This document shows, piece by piece, positions 24,201-37,000 of a DNA stretch of 64,000 nt. The position numbers and the translations under genes are program-made. The DNA is from Squalus acanthias (lineage: Eukaryota): the NCBI GenBank assembly GCA_030390025.1, contig CM059433.1, positions 45,136,001 to 45,200,000 of the forward strand, read 5' to 3'. Numbering within the stretch: position 1 is the stretch's first letter; each line of letters starts with the position of its first letter. Under the pieces are notes generated by a model, which saw nothing but the letters and a program-made list of their open reading frames with translations, did no database searches and had not been told where the DNA came from.

Positions 24201-24962
24201 TGAGAAAGGCAACTTGGTTAAGAGAATCTGCACCCCTATAACCTATTAATATGTGGGAAACAGCATTTCACCTGGAAAATAGTGCCCGATTTACTGTAAT
24301 GATGCTTCTCGATAGTTCCACTACTCAGAAGAAGGCCATCAGCCAAACCAGACACATTTTAACAATATAACAATTTAAACAATTTAACAGCAAGCGGTCT
24401 GGGGGAGTCTGGAGATAGTCACAAGGAGTCAAACCAGTCAGGCAAAACCCTTTGAATTCTTTTTAAGGACTTGTCAGAAATTAGCAATCTTGTTCTTCGA
24501 CAAAAAAAGTCTCTAAAACAAATTCAGGCTGAATTCACCAGTTATAAACCAACCCAACAAGGTAATGGGGTCGTTTGGCAAATTCAACTGTTGAGCATCT
24601 CGTACAAAAAGTTAAACAAGCGGTGCATCAACTCTAAACCAATCAGATCAGCAATGTCAGAACATGTCCTTTTAAAAAAGAGGGGCACGGGCAGCCGTTT
24701 ATTGAAGGTGTAGCCTCAGCCGAATGCTGTATTTCAAACTCTGAAAACAAGAAACCAGAGGCAAAAAACTTCTATTTTTAATCACAATAACTATTACAAA
24801 ATAATCGTCCCCCTTTAACCTCAAAATTGAACATGCGGGCGGTGTTATATTGGGCACTATTACTGCAAGGGTATCAAAGCATTACTTTTCCACCTCCAGA
24901 AATACAAATTTTGTTGACCCAGAGACACCTCCCACCGCCCCTCCCGGCCAGCCAGACCCCCC

Positions 24963-25162
24963 NNNNNNNNNNNNNNNNNNNNNNNNNNNNNNNNNNNNNN
25001 NNNNNNNNNNNNNNNNNNNNNNNNNNNNNNNNNNNNNNNNNNNNNNNNNNNNNNNNNNNNNNNNNNNNNNNNNNNNNNNNNNNNNNNNNNNNNNNNNNNN
25101 NNNNNNNNNNNNNNNNNNNNNNNNNNNNNNNNNNNNNNNNNNNNNNNNNNNNNNNNNNNNNN
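24963..25162. other. assembly gap (200 N)
   Basis: Run of N; the round size suggests a placeholder length. Confidence 0.99.
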
Positions 25163-27245
25163 CCCATTCCCCAGTCACTCACTCCCCTCCTCCCAGTCCC
25201 TCACTCCCCTCCCCCATTCCCCAGTCCCTCACTCCGCTCCCCCATTCCCCAGTCCCTCACTCCCCTCCCCCATTCCCCAGTCACTCACTCCCCTCCCCCA
25301 GTCCCTCACTCCCCTCCCCCATTCCCCAGTCACTCACTCCCCTCCTCCCAGTCCCTCACTCCCCTCCCCCATTCCCCAGTCCCTCACTCCCCTCCTCCCA
25401 TTCCCCAGTCACCCACTCCCCTCCCCCAGTCTCTCACTCCCCTCCCCATTCCCCAGTCACCCACTCCCCCTCCCCCAGTCTCTCACTCCCCTCCCCCAGT
25501 CCCCAGTCACTCACTCCCCTCCCCCATTGCCCAGTCACTCGCTCCCCTCCCCATTCCCCAGTCACTCGCTCCGCTCCCCCAGTCACTCGCTCCCCTCCTC
25601 CCACTCTGCCCAGTCCCTCACTCCCCTCCTCCCATTCCCCACTCCCTCACTCCCCTCCACCCATTCCCCAGTCCCTCACTCCCCTCACTCCCCTCCCCCA
25701 TTCCCTCACTCCCCTCCCCAGTCCCTCACTCCCCTCCCCAGGCCCTCACTCCCCTCCCCCATTCCCTCACTCCCCTCCCTCATTCCTCACTCCCCTCCCC
25801 CATTCCCTCACTCCCCTCCCCCATTCCCTCACTCCCCTCCCCAGTCCCTCACTCCCCTCCCCATTCCCTCACTCCCCTCCCCCATTCCCGTCCCTCACTC
25901 CCCTCCCTGTCCCTCACTCCCCTACCCATTCCCTCACTCCCCTCCCCAGTCCCTCACTCCCCTCCCCAGTCCCTCACTCCCCTCCCCAGTCCCTCACTCC
26001 CCTCCCCCATTCCCGTCCCTCACTCCCCTCCCCCATTCCCCAGTCCCTCACTCCCCTCCCCCATTCCCCAGTCCCTCACTCCCCTCCCCATTCCCTCACT
26101 CCCCTCCCCCCATTCCACTCCCCTCCCCATTTCCCCAGTCCCTCCCCCCCCCTCCCCCATTCCCTCACCCCCTCCCCCAGTCCCTCACCCCCCCCTCCCC
26201 CATTTCCCATTCCCTCACTCCCCTCCCCATTCCCTCACTCCCCTCCTCCCTCCCCCTCTCTGCCCAGTCCCTCACTCCCCTCCCCCACTCTGCCCATTCC
26301 CTCACTTCCCTCCCCCCTCCCATTCCCTGCCCCCCCACTCTCCTCATTCCCTCACTCCGCTCCCCATCCTCCCAGTCCCCATTCCCTCACTCCCCTCCCC
26401 CTCCTCCCATTCCCCAGTCCCTCACTCCCTCCCTCCTCCCATTCCCCATTCCCTCATTCACCTCCTCCCATTCCCCAGTCCCTCACTCCCCTCCCCCTCC
26501 TCCCATTCCCCAGTCCCTCACTCCCTCCCTCCTCCCATTCCCCTCCCCCATTCCCTGCCCCCCCCCACTCTCCTCATTCCCTCACTCCCCTCCTCCTTCC
26601 CCCTCTCTGCCCAGTCCCTCACTCCCCTCCCCCACTCTGCCCATTCCCTCAGTTCCCTCCCCCCTCCCATTCCCTGCCCCCCCACTCTCCTCATTCCCTC
26701 ACTCCCCTCCCCATCCTCCCAGTCCCCATTCCCTCACTCCCCTCCCCCTCCTCCCATTCCCCAGTCCCTCACTCCCTCCCTCCTCCCATTCCCCATTCCC
26801 TCATTCCCCTCCTCCCATTCCCCAGTCCCTCACTCCCCTCCCCCTCCTCCCATTCCCCAGTCCCTCACTCCCTTCCTCCTCCCATTCCCCTCCCCCATTC
26901 CCTGCCCCCCACTCTCCTCATTCCCTCACTCCCCTCCTCCTTCCCCCTCTCTGCCCAGTCCCTCACTCCCCTCCCCCACTCTGCCCATTCCCTCACTTCC
27001 CTCCCCCCTCCCATTCCCTGCCCCCACTCTCCTCATTCCCTCACTCCCCTCCCCATCCTCCCAGTCCCCATTCCCTCACTCCCCTCCCCCTCCTCCCATT
27101 CCCCAGTCCCTCACTCCCTCCCTCCTCCCATTCCCTCATTCCCCTCCCCCTCTTCCCATTCCCTCCCTCCTCCCATTCCCCAGTCCTCCCCCCTCCCTCT
27201 CCCACTCTGACCCGTCCCCAGTCCCTCTCTCGCACTCTGCTCAGT
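25163..27245. repeat. C-rich low-complexity satellite (CCCTCACTCCCCTCCCCCATTCCCCAGT-like)
   Basis: Extreme C/T strand bias; higher-order repeats in 26230-27150. Confidence 0.95.
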
Positions 27246-27794
27246 CCCCATTACTATCAGTGATACAGTGTTGGAATGGGTTACAACAGAAATTGTGCCT
27301 GGAGATGCAATTACAGTGTAAGCGGCTGGGAGCTGGGAGCTACATCAATCATCACTGCAGCAAGTTCCAACAACTCCACTAAATACAGTAAATTACAGGA
27401 TCTAAATTTAACATTGGATAAATTACTAAATGTCAGAATAACAAGGTGTAAGGAGTTGGGAGGAAAGGTATGTTACAACTCTCGTTCAGCTCACCCTCTA
27501 TTACTGGGGCCAAAGGAACCAATCTGAATGAAAATATCACCAAGATCGGGAGCAGAGCAAATACTGAAATATTCAACTTCCTAACAAGCGTTTCAAATGT
27601 CTCTCTTTTTAACATGTATTTCACAAGATCCTGCTCGCAAACTATATGAGCACAAAAGAAAAACTTGTGTTTTATAATTACAACGTGTTCTGTTATTTGA
27701 CACCGTGCACACAAAGATTCAATGTGGTAACAGCCTTTACCAGATTAAAATCGAGAGAAAGGGCAAAGTAATTTAATGTAAACTTATTCAGCTC

Positions 27795-29005
27795 GTCCCT
27801 CACACCCTTCCTCCCTCTCCCCAGTCCCTCACTCCTCTCCCAGTCCCTCACTCCCCTCCTCCCTCCCATTCTCCCCATCCCTCACTCCTCCCCTCCTTCT
27901 CGCATTCACCCCATTCCCCAATCCCTCGCTCCTCTCCTCTCTCTCCCCATTCCTCAGTCCCTCACTCCCTCCTCCCTCCCAGTCCCTCACTCCCCTCCTC
28001 CCTCTCCCAGTCCCTCACTCCCCTCCTCCCTCTCCCAGTCCCTCACTCCCTCTCCTCCCTCTCCCAGTCCCTCACTCCTCTCCTCCCTCTCCCAGTCCCT
28101 CACTCCCCTCCTCCCTCTCCCAGTCCCTCACTCCACTCCTCCCTCTCCCAGTCCCTCACTCCTCTCCCCAGTCCCTCACTCCCCTCCTCCCTCTCCCAGT
28201 CCCTCACTCCCCTCTCCCAGTCCCTCACTCCCCTCCTCCCTCTCCAGTCCCTCACTCCCCTCCTCCCTCTCCCAGTCCCTCACTCCTCTCCTCCCTCTCC
28301 CAGTCCTCACTCCTCTCCCAGTCCCTCACTCCCTCCTCCCTCTCCAGTCCTCACTCCCTCCTCCAGTCCCTCACTCCCCTCCTCCCTCTCCCAGTCCCTC
28401 ACTCCACTCCTCCCTCTCCCAGTCCCTCACTCCTCTCCCCAGTCCCTCACTCCCCTCCCCAGTCCTCACTCCTCTCCCCAGTCCCTCACTCCTCTCCCCA
28501 GTCCCTCACTCCCCTCCTCCCTCTCCCCATCCCTCACTCCACTCCTCCCTCTCCCCAGTCCGTCACTCCTCTCCCCAGTCCCTCACTCCTCCCTCCCTCT
28601 CCCATTCCTCAATCCCTCACTCCTCTCCCAGTCCCTCACTCCCCTCCTCCCTCCCATTCTCCACATCCCTCACTCCTCCCCTCCCTCTTGCATTCACCCC
28701 ATTCCCCAGTCCCTCACTCCTCTCCTCCCTCACTCCTCTCCCATTCCTCAGTCCCTCACTCCTCTCCATTCCCCAGTCTCTAACTCCCCTCCTCCCTCTT
28801 CCATTCTCACCAGTCCTCAGTCCCTCACTCCTCTCCTCCCTCTTCATTCTCCCCATTCCCCTCCTCCCTCTCCCATTCCGGCCAGACCCTCACTCCCCTC
28901 CTCCTTCTCCTTTACCGGCCAGTCCCTCCCTCCCTCCCCTCCTCCCACTCCCCTTCCAGCAGTTCTCAGTCCCTCACTCCCCTCCTCCCTCTCCACTCTG
29001 ACCCA
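27795..29005. repeat. second C-rich satellite block (~28-bp CCCAGTCCCTCACTCCCCTCCTCCCTCT core)
   Basis: Related to 25163-27245, more regular in 27960-28520. Confidence 0.95.
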
Positions 29006-29273
29006 ATGTGAGAGGGAAATGATGGTGGCAGTGGCAGGAATGGGTGAGGATTGGCAGAAATGGGCGGTAGTGGTTGATGGAAGGCACACGGGGCGGGCAG
29101 TAGGAACAGGTTGTGGGTTAGCGGGGGTGTTTAGGCTGGAGACACAGGAATGAGCTGCATCCGCCTCAGCAGCAAAAAAGTTATGAAATATCATTAAAAA
29201 AAGACTTAAATGTAAACTCCTAATTTATCCTGATAGTTGGCAGCTGCTCATAGCACCACTTGGATAAAGACAG

Positions 29274-30388
29274 GTTTGGGAAGTCTCAGGAGTGTAGTCA
29301 ATAGTGTCACCCGTGGGATTGGGAAGTCTCAGAGGAGTGTAGTCAATAGTGTCACCCGTGGGATTGGGAAGTCTCAGGAGTGTAGTCAATAGTGTCACCC
29401 GTGGGATTGGGAAGTCTCAGGAGTGTAGTCAATAGTGTCACCCGTGGGATTGGGAAGTCTCAGGAGTGTAGTCAATAGTGTCACCCGTGGGATTGGGAAG
29501 TCTCAGGAGTGTAGTCAATAGTGTCACCCGTGGGTTTGGGAAGTCTCAGGAGTGTAGTCAATAGTGTCACCCGTGGGATTGGGAAGTCTCAGAGGAGTGT
29601 AGTCAATAGTGTCACCCGTGGGATTGGGAAGTCTCAGGAGTGTAGTCAATAGTGTCACCCGTGGGATTGGGAAGTCTCAGAGGAGTGTAGTCAATAGTGT
29701 CTTCGTGGGATTGGGAAGTCTCAGGAGTGTAGTCAATAGTGTCACCCATGGGATTGGGAAGTCTCAGGAGTGTAGTCAATAGTGTCACCCGTGGGATTGG
29801 GAAGTCTCAGGAGTGTAGTCAATAGTGTCACCCGTGGGATTGGGAAGTCTCAGGAGTGTAGTCAATAGTGTCACCCGTGGGATTGGGAAGTCTCAGGAGT
29901 GTAGTCAATAGTGTCACCCATGGGATTGGGAAGTCTCAGGAGTGTAGTCAATAGTGTCACCCATGGGATTGGGAAGTCTCAGGAGTGTAGTCAATAGTGT
30001 CACCCGTGGGATTGGGAAGTCTCAGGAGTGTAGTCAATAGTGTCACCCGTGGGATTGGGAAGTCTCAGGAGTGTAGTCAATAGTGTCACCCATGGGATTG
30101 GGAAGTCTCAGGAGTGTAGTCAATAGTGTCACCCGTGGGTTTGGGAAGTCTCAGGAGTGTAGTCAATAGTGTCACCCGTGGGTTTGGGAAGTCTCAGGAG
30201 TGTAGTCAATAGTGTCACCCATGGGATTGGGAAGTCTCAGGAGTGTAGTCAATAGTGTCACCCGTGGGTTTGGGAAGTCTCAGGAGTGTAGTCAATAGTG
30301 TCACCCGTGGGTTTGGGAAGTCTCAGGAGTGTAGTCAATAGTGTCACCCGTGGGATTGGGAAGTCTCAGGAGTGTAGTCAATAGTGCC
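29274..30388. repeat. 43-bp minisatellite, ~26 copies
   Basis: Unit GGGAAGTCTCAGGAGTGTAGTCAATAGTGTCACCCGTGGGATT with +AG, CCA and GGT variants; no unique spacers. Confidence 0.97.
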
Positions 30389-30749
30389 ACTCGCCTTATA
30401 AATAAGCATAAAGAACTCAAAATCAATATCATTTAAATTTGAGGGGAAAGTGTTAATGGAAATAGCGTGACAGTAAATGTTACAGGAAGTAAATGTTAGA
30501 CTTGCAGGAAGTGCATGCTATAGGCAAAACATTTTGTTGGGTAAGGGTGTCAAGGGATATGGAGCTAAGATAAACGGTGTTGAGGTACAGATCAGCCATG
30601 ATCTAATTGGATGGCAGAGCAGGCCCGAGGGGCTGAATGGCCTCCTCCAGTACCTAATGTATCTAAAACGCACATCTAGGAGATCTCCCTTGATGTTGCT
30701 CTCGGATGCTGGCCATTAGCAGAGCTAGTAGACTCAGGTGGTATTAGAA

Positions 30750-31815
30750 AAAGACTTACATTTATATAGCGCCATTTCAGGCCTCAGAACGTCCCAAAGC
30801 ACTTTACAGCCAATAAAGTACTTTTTTTGAAGTGTAGTCACTGTTGTAATGTAGGAAATGCAGCAGCCAATTTGCGCACAGCAAGGTCCCACAAACAGCA
30901 ATGAGATAATGACCAGATAATGGGCCAGAAATTCGGCTTTCCGGCTTCCTGCGGGTGCAAGCATCGCGCGCGTACTTGCCTACCGCGCCTGCCGTTGTGC
31001 TTTGGGCCCACGAGGACTTCGGCTCCTGGGCCTCCTCCAGCTGCCGGCACGCAGTGCTTGCGTATCCCAGGGGCGCAGTTAGTTCGAAGCGTCCCCTGGG
31101 ATCACGTGGGCCATGGAGAGCCAATCCTAACGGGACATTTTCGTTCATAGATTTGACAGGAAGACCTGTCAAATCTATGAATAGAGATCGGCCCCAAAAC
31201 CACACTTAAACTTCAAATAATTTTATTTTTAAAACATCACATTTTTAAAATAACTATAAGTTACATAAATTAACTACTTTAAACAAAAATTTAATTTTTG
31301 AAAAAATTAATTATACTTATTAACGGTGCTAAAAATAAACTTACCTTTCTTTAAAGTATCTAAAAAAGATAAACCTGTTGAAAAAATGTTTAAATTGTAA
31401 TTAATTAACCATGTACCTTGTTAAAAATAGGGCCTTGCGCCTCCTTTTTAAAAGCGCAGCTTCTCCATACTTACCCTCCCGGAGAAACCTGAAAAAAAAA
31501 CGAAGTTCGCTGCATGCGCGCAGCCTCTCCCGCGCACGCGGTTCACCTCTGAACCCCTTCCTTCAGGGGAACGGAAGTTCCGGTTTCCCGCGCATGCGCA
31601 GTGCATGCAGGAAATCGGCACTTCAGGTGGCCTTACGGGTGAGTACACAGCGCGTACTCACCCGACAACAGCCGAATTTCTGGCCCAAAGTTGTTTTTAG
31701 TGATGTTGGTTGAGGGATAAATATTGGCCAAGACAGTGGGGAGAACTCCCCTGCTCTTCTTCTAATAGTGCCATGCGATCTTTTACATCTACCAGAGAGT
31801 TCAGACTGGGCCTTA
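30750..31815 (-). mobile_element. Deu-domain SINE split by a DNA transposon
   Basis: SINE sequence stops at gaccagataat (30921) and resumes at ~31690 gtttttagtgatgttgg. Confidence 0.8.
30922..31686. mobile_element. non-autonomous TIR element (PIF/Harbinger-like), 765 bp
   Basis: Perfect TIR GGGCCAGAAATTCGGC; GC-rich arms, AT-rich core, internal hairpins; inserted in a SINE. Confidence 0.85.
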
Positions 31816-31838
31816 GAGCACTGTGCACACTTAGAGCA

Positions 31839-31972
31839 CTGATGAAAGGTCATCACCCTGAAACGTTAACTCTGTTTCTCTCTTTACAGATGCTGTCTGA
31901 CTTGCTGAGTGTTTCCAGCATTTTCTATTTTTATTTCAGATTTCCAGCATCCGCAGTATTTTGCTTTTGTAG
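31839..31972 (+). mobile_element. Penelope terminal fragment beginning with a hammerhead core
   Basis: CTGATGAaaggtcatcaccctGAAACGTTAACT followed by the same tail as 43098-43200 (reverse complement). Confidence 0.75.
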
Positions 31973-32059
31973 TAGGATATGCTGATAGGGTGAGATGAAG
32001 AGGGGTGGGAGGAGGCTCGTGTGGAGCGTACACATCGGCATGGACCTGTTGGGCCGAAT

Positions 32060-32270
32060 GGCCTCTTTCTGTGCTGTACATTCTATGTAATTTGCTCCCA
32101 AGTACTTTTAATAGGCAGCTCGTGTATCATAAAAATACATCAACAAGGCCTCTTTCTGTGCTGTACATTCTATGTAATTTGCTCCCAAGTACTTTTAATA
32201 GGCAGCTCGTGTATCATAAAAATACATCAACAAGGCCTCTTTCTGTGCTGTACATTTTATATAATTCTAT
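32060..32270 (+). repeat. 87-bp tandem duplication (2.3 copies)
   Basis: ggcctctttctgtgctgtacatt recurs at 32060, 32147 and 32234 with identical intervening sequence. Confidence 0.92.
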
Positions 32271-33814
32271 GATAATTTTTAAAAGTTCACGAGCACACCT
32301 TTTTTCTTCTCTATTTTATATATATATATAAAAATATATATATTATATATATATATATATATAAATAAATAAAGGGACAGGCACTGGCAGGCGTGGGTTA
32401 AAATTATCACTTTATTCAGCTGCACAGGTTGAAGGCAGGACAGCACTACCAGCGCGAACATCAGGTGGGCAGATGTTATACTATTCCCATCACGCTTTCC
32501 TGTCACACTTAAGTGGTCTTCTCGATTCAGAATCCTTTGTACTTTGTATGGGGCAAAATGGGCATTTTTTCAGAAAACCAAACAAAAATTGCAGATGAAA
32601 TATAAAAACTAACACATATTTGACGTGCATTACATAATTAGAGTCCGTGAATCATTTTACAGCCCCCGGTTTTAACCGTGTTTCTCAGCTTTCAACATTA
32701 ATATTTTGCCTTATGTTTCATTCATGGTTAGAGATATAAAATACACACTTTTGAGCAAATTAATTTAAATTAGATTTCCTTTCAAAGGTTTTCCAAGAGA
32801 GACCAGATTCTTGTCGACAATGAAAGAATGGCAAAATAAATTGGTGCCTGAAAATACTTTTCAGTAATTTCATTGCTCCCCTTCTCCTGTTTGACAATGT
32901 TTATTGATCATTGTTTCCTGACTCTTTTATTAGTAGTTTTCCAATGATGAGATTGATACAGGGCTATGGACAGAGAGTGGAGCAGTGGGATTAGTTCTGG
33001 ATTGATACAGGGCTATGGGGGAAGTGGGATTAGATTGGGATTGATACAGGGCTTTAGGGAGAGAGCGGGATAGTGGGATTAGTTTGGGAGCCAATGTAGG
33101 CATGTAAATGAATGGGTTACACTTATCTATGGCTCTTGGTGAGTGACCGATTCATTGAGCAGAGATACCTACCATCTGCTGGTCGGGGGACTCTATTTCC
33201 ACTGGTGGTGGCTCCCTTGCCCTGGTAGCAGTGTGTTGTCTCACTGTATCGCTCTTCAGGCCTTGCCCTTGAGTATCCCTCTGGAGGAAGCAGCCCCGAC
33301 TGCCTGTGCAGAGTGCCGATGCCCCAGCAGCTACTGCGGCAGAGACTGTAACTTCAGTTAAAAGGGCATTGGATCAGTGGCCTCCTTCTATATTGTTATC
33401 TCTGTGATCCTGGCCAATCATGGAGTGGAAACCCTCTCTGTTCGTGAAGGGGTAACCTATCTGGCCAACTGTATGTCATCAATAACGTCCCAGGCAGATG
33501 GCAAAAACACAGGGCTCTTTCGTGTTGCTAGATACTTCAACAACTTACATTTATATAGCGCCTTTAAAATTGGAAAATGTCCCATGGCGCTTCACGGAGG
33601 TGTAATCAGACAAAAATGGACACCAGGCCAAAGAAAGAGATAGTAGGACGGCTTGGTCAAAGAGGTGGGTTTTGAAGCGGGTGTTTGAGGAGAGAGGCGG
33701 AGAGGTTTAGGGAGGGAATTCCAGAGCTTAGGGCCATGGCACCTGAAGGCATGGCCACCAATGGTAGGGCGGTTAAAATCGGGATATGCAAGAGGCCAGA
33801 GTCAAAGGAAGAGA

Positions 33815-34220
33815 GCAGTGGCTCAGTGGGTAGCACTCTGGCCTCTGAGTCAGAAGGCTATGGGTTCAAGCCCCCCTCCAGAGAATTGAGCAGATATTCT
33901 AAATTGACACTTCGGTGCAGCACTAAGTGAGTGCTGCACTGTCAGAGGTACCGTCTGTTTGGCTGAGGCCCTGTCTGCCTTCTCAAGTGGACATAAAATC
34001 CCCCATGGCATTATTCGAAGAAGGGCAGGGGAGGTGTCCTGGCCAATATTTATTTCTCAACCAACATGGCTGTTCAATTATCTGATTACTGTTTGTGGGA
34101 AATTGCTGTGTGCAAATTGGCTGCCGCATTACAACAGTGACTACTTCAAAAGTACTCCATTGGCTGTAAAACGCTTTGGGACGTCCTGAGGTCATGAAAG
34201 GCGCTATAGAAATGCAGTCC
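33815..34220 (+). mobile_element. Deu-domain SINE, near full length
   Basis: A box tggctcagtgg, B box ggttcaagcc, core gtttgtgggaaattgctgtgtgcaaattggctgcc, L2-like tail. Confidence 0.85.
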
Positions 34221-34891
34221 TTCCCTTTCAGCCAATCTACATTGCAATGTTTTTGCAAAGCCTGTTGGACTTGTCAAATTCTTCTTGTTGACTTTATGCT
34301 GTTTAGCAGAGGGTCTAGATAACCTCACACACAGTAGGATCCTATCTAGAAACTTATTTAATTTCCAATCCAGGAGCTATCCATCATCTCAACAAGTAGA
34401 AAAAAAAATCTCATTATGGTTTTGTCGTCAGGAATTCAAACAGGTTTGAAAACCGAGATATCACGTCCTTTAGAGTCTCATAAATCAGCTGGCCTTATGC
34501 ACGGGCTGCTGGCGTGGCTTTCATCAGGACTAAGTCAGAACATGCCTGTGATTTTCATTGAGGGCTTAGCAAGTAATCGCTCAAGAATTCACACTCTAAT
34601 CTTAAAACACTGCACTAAACACAGCACTGAGCGATCGCCAACCCCTTGAATATTCTGTTCAACAATCTGTGGTGTGAAAAGAAACCCACTGTTGAAGTCA
34701 TACCGACCCTGGTTCATAACATACATTTACTGTATTCTTATCATGTGGCCCATACAAAGGCCTTCATTAATCTGAAGTGGATTAACCTTTTCACAAATTC
34801 ACGTCAGCGTGACTCTCAGTGTAGGTTCAGCTAGAGAGAGATCCAGGCAGAATAAAAAGCCCCATTCCATAAAACACTGGGGGACTGGGGA

Positions 34892-35151
34892 TAGGGTTGC
34901 CAACTCTGGTTGGACCTATTCCTGGAGGTTTCATCACATGACCTCCTGCCGAGTCAAACAGCCTTTCCCCCACCCCCCCATCTCCAATTATTTTATAACT
35001 AATAAATTGTTCAAATAAATTGAAAAACCTCAATATTTTTAATGCCCCTGTGATTTTTCTTGTGTTTTTTTTTGCTGGTAGCAGTGTGTCCTGGAGATTA
35101 ATCTTTCATTCCAGGAGACTCTAGGGCAATCCTGGAAGATTGGCAACCATG
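34892..35151. mobile_element. hAT-type MITE
   Basis: TAGGGTTGCCAAC ... TTGGCAACCATG termini; inverted homologue at 49517-49751. Confidence 0.72.
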
Positions 35152-35819
35152 GCCATTCCACACGGAGTATGTACACCCTGGGTATCAAGGGTGAGCGTGG
35201 ACACAAGGACCACAGGTCAGGTCAGCCGTCGATAAAATATTCGTTTCCAGGTAAATCTAACATGAAAAATGTACAAAAAGATGTAGGTACTGTATAACAT
35301 AAATCAGGGCCAGAGTGATCTCCCAGACTAGTTTCGTTCGCCTAAGGGGATCGGAGAGAAAATTCACAGATTTTTTCCCCCCTAATTGGCCTGGGTTTTT
35401 AATCTGGTTTTTCACCTCTCCCAGGAGATTAAAAAAAGACAGAAGTTGCATTTCTATAGCGCCTTCCACCACCTCAGGATGTCCCAAAGTGCTTTACAAC
35501 CAATGAAGTACTTTTTGAAGTGTGGTCACTGTTGTAATATAGGAAGCACGGCAGCCAATGTGCCCTAGTTTCAGCCTGTGTGTACACCTGCTTCATATCA
35601 ATACACGTCTATAATCTCCCGATTTACCCGGGAGGCTGAATGACTCACCAGGCTGCATCACCCCGAGCGTGACAGCTGGAATGTAAGGGCATGCCCTCCC
35701 TCTGCTGACTAGGTGGAGTGCTTCAGACTGGGTGTTTGAGACGGGCATGTACAGCAGCCCGCACTGACCGGGGATGCCCAGCGATGAGGCTGCTTTGGCC
35801 CCTGACAGCACGTAGTGTT

Positions 35820-36280
35820 AAAGAAAGATTTGCATTTCTATAGCGCCTTTTGCAACCTCAGGACGTCCCAAAGTGCTTTACAGCCAATGAAGTACTTTTT
35901 GAAGTGTAATCACTGTTGTAATTTAGGAATCGTGGCGGCCAAGTTGCGCACAGCAAGGTCCCACAAACAGCAATGAGATCATGACTAGATAATCTGTTTT
36001 TTAGTGATGTTGGTTGAGGGATAAATATTGGCCAGAACACCGGGGAGAACGCCCCTGCTCTTCTTCAAATGGTGCTGTGGGATCTTTTACGTCCACCTGA
36101 GAGGGCAGACAGGGCCTCGGTTTAACGTCTCATTCGAAAGACGGCACCTCCGACAGTGCAGCGCTCCCTCAGTACGAGCACTGGGAGTGTCAGCCTGGAT
36201 CTTGTGCTCAAGTCTCTAGAATGAGACTTGAACCCACAATCTTCTGACTCAGAGTGTGCACTACCTACTAAATCACAGAG
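35820..36280 (-). mobile_element. Deu-domain SINE
   Basis: Reverse-complement homologue of 33815-34220. Confidence 0.85.
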
Positions 36281-36564
36281 GTAACTGGAAGCAAGAGTGG
36301 AATTAGTTCATGGAATGCTGGGCTCCTTCCAGGTGGGTCTGGCAGTACCAGCTCTGTCCTTGGACCAAGCTCTGTCATGGAAACAGGTCAGGCTGCAGAT
36401 GTCCACACCCAGCAGACTTGCATTAAAGAAAGACCTTGCATTTATTTGGCTGCTTATCTTAGCATATCCCAAAGTGCTTCACAACCAGTGACTTACCATT
36501 TGAAGTGCAGGCAATGTTGGTACAGAGGCAAATGCAGCAGCCATTTTGTGCACAGCAAATAGTA

Positions 36565-37000
36565 ATCAAACAGGCTCATGGAATGTTGGCCTTTATCTCA
36601 AGGGAGCTGGAATACAAAGGAAGGAAGTTTTGCTTCAGTTGTACAGAGCCTTGGTAGACACCATCTGGACCACCGCACCTCAGGAAGGATATATTGGCCT
36701 TGGAGGAGGTGCAGCGCAGATTCACCAGAATTAAACCCGGGCTTAAATGGTTAAATTATGGAGGACAGATTCAATAAACTTGACTTGCATTCCTTTAAGT
36801 TTAGAAGGTTGAGGGGTGATCTAATCGAGGTGTTTTAAATAATGAAGGGATTTGATAGGGTAGAGAGAGAAACTACTTCCTCTGGTGGGTGAATCTAGAA
36901 CAAGGGGGCACAAACTTAAAATTAGAGCTAGGCCATTCAGGGGTGAAGTCAGGGAGCATCTTTTTACATAAAGGGTAGTGGAAATCTGGAACTCTCTCGC
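36565..37000 (+). mobile_element. old CR1 3' fragment
   Basis: KEVLLQLYRALV motif; gaaggttgaggggtgatctaat. Confidence 0.7.

Noticed and set aside
24827-27382. 851/786/578-aa Pro/Ser/His-rich ORFs
   Set aside because: All three frames are open only because the C-rich satellite lacks stop codons, and two run through Ns; not evidence of a protein.
27960-28560. PRDM9 CCTCCCT hotspot motifs
   Set aside because: That motif is specific to human PRDM9 alleles and arises trivially in C/T-rich repeats.
29274-30388. CRISPR-like array
   Set aside because: Units are contiguous with no unique spacers, there are no cas genes, and the context is vertebrate.
33815-33890. tRNA gene (A and B boxes)
   Set aside because: Continues into SINE body and tail; a SINE head rather than a cloverleaf tRNA. 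The same applies at 5590 and 23960.
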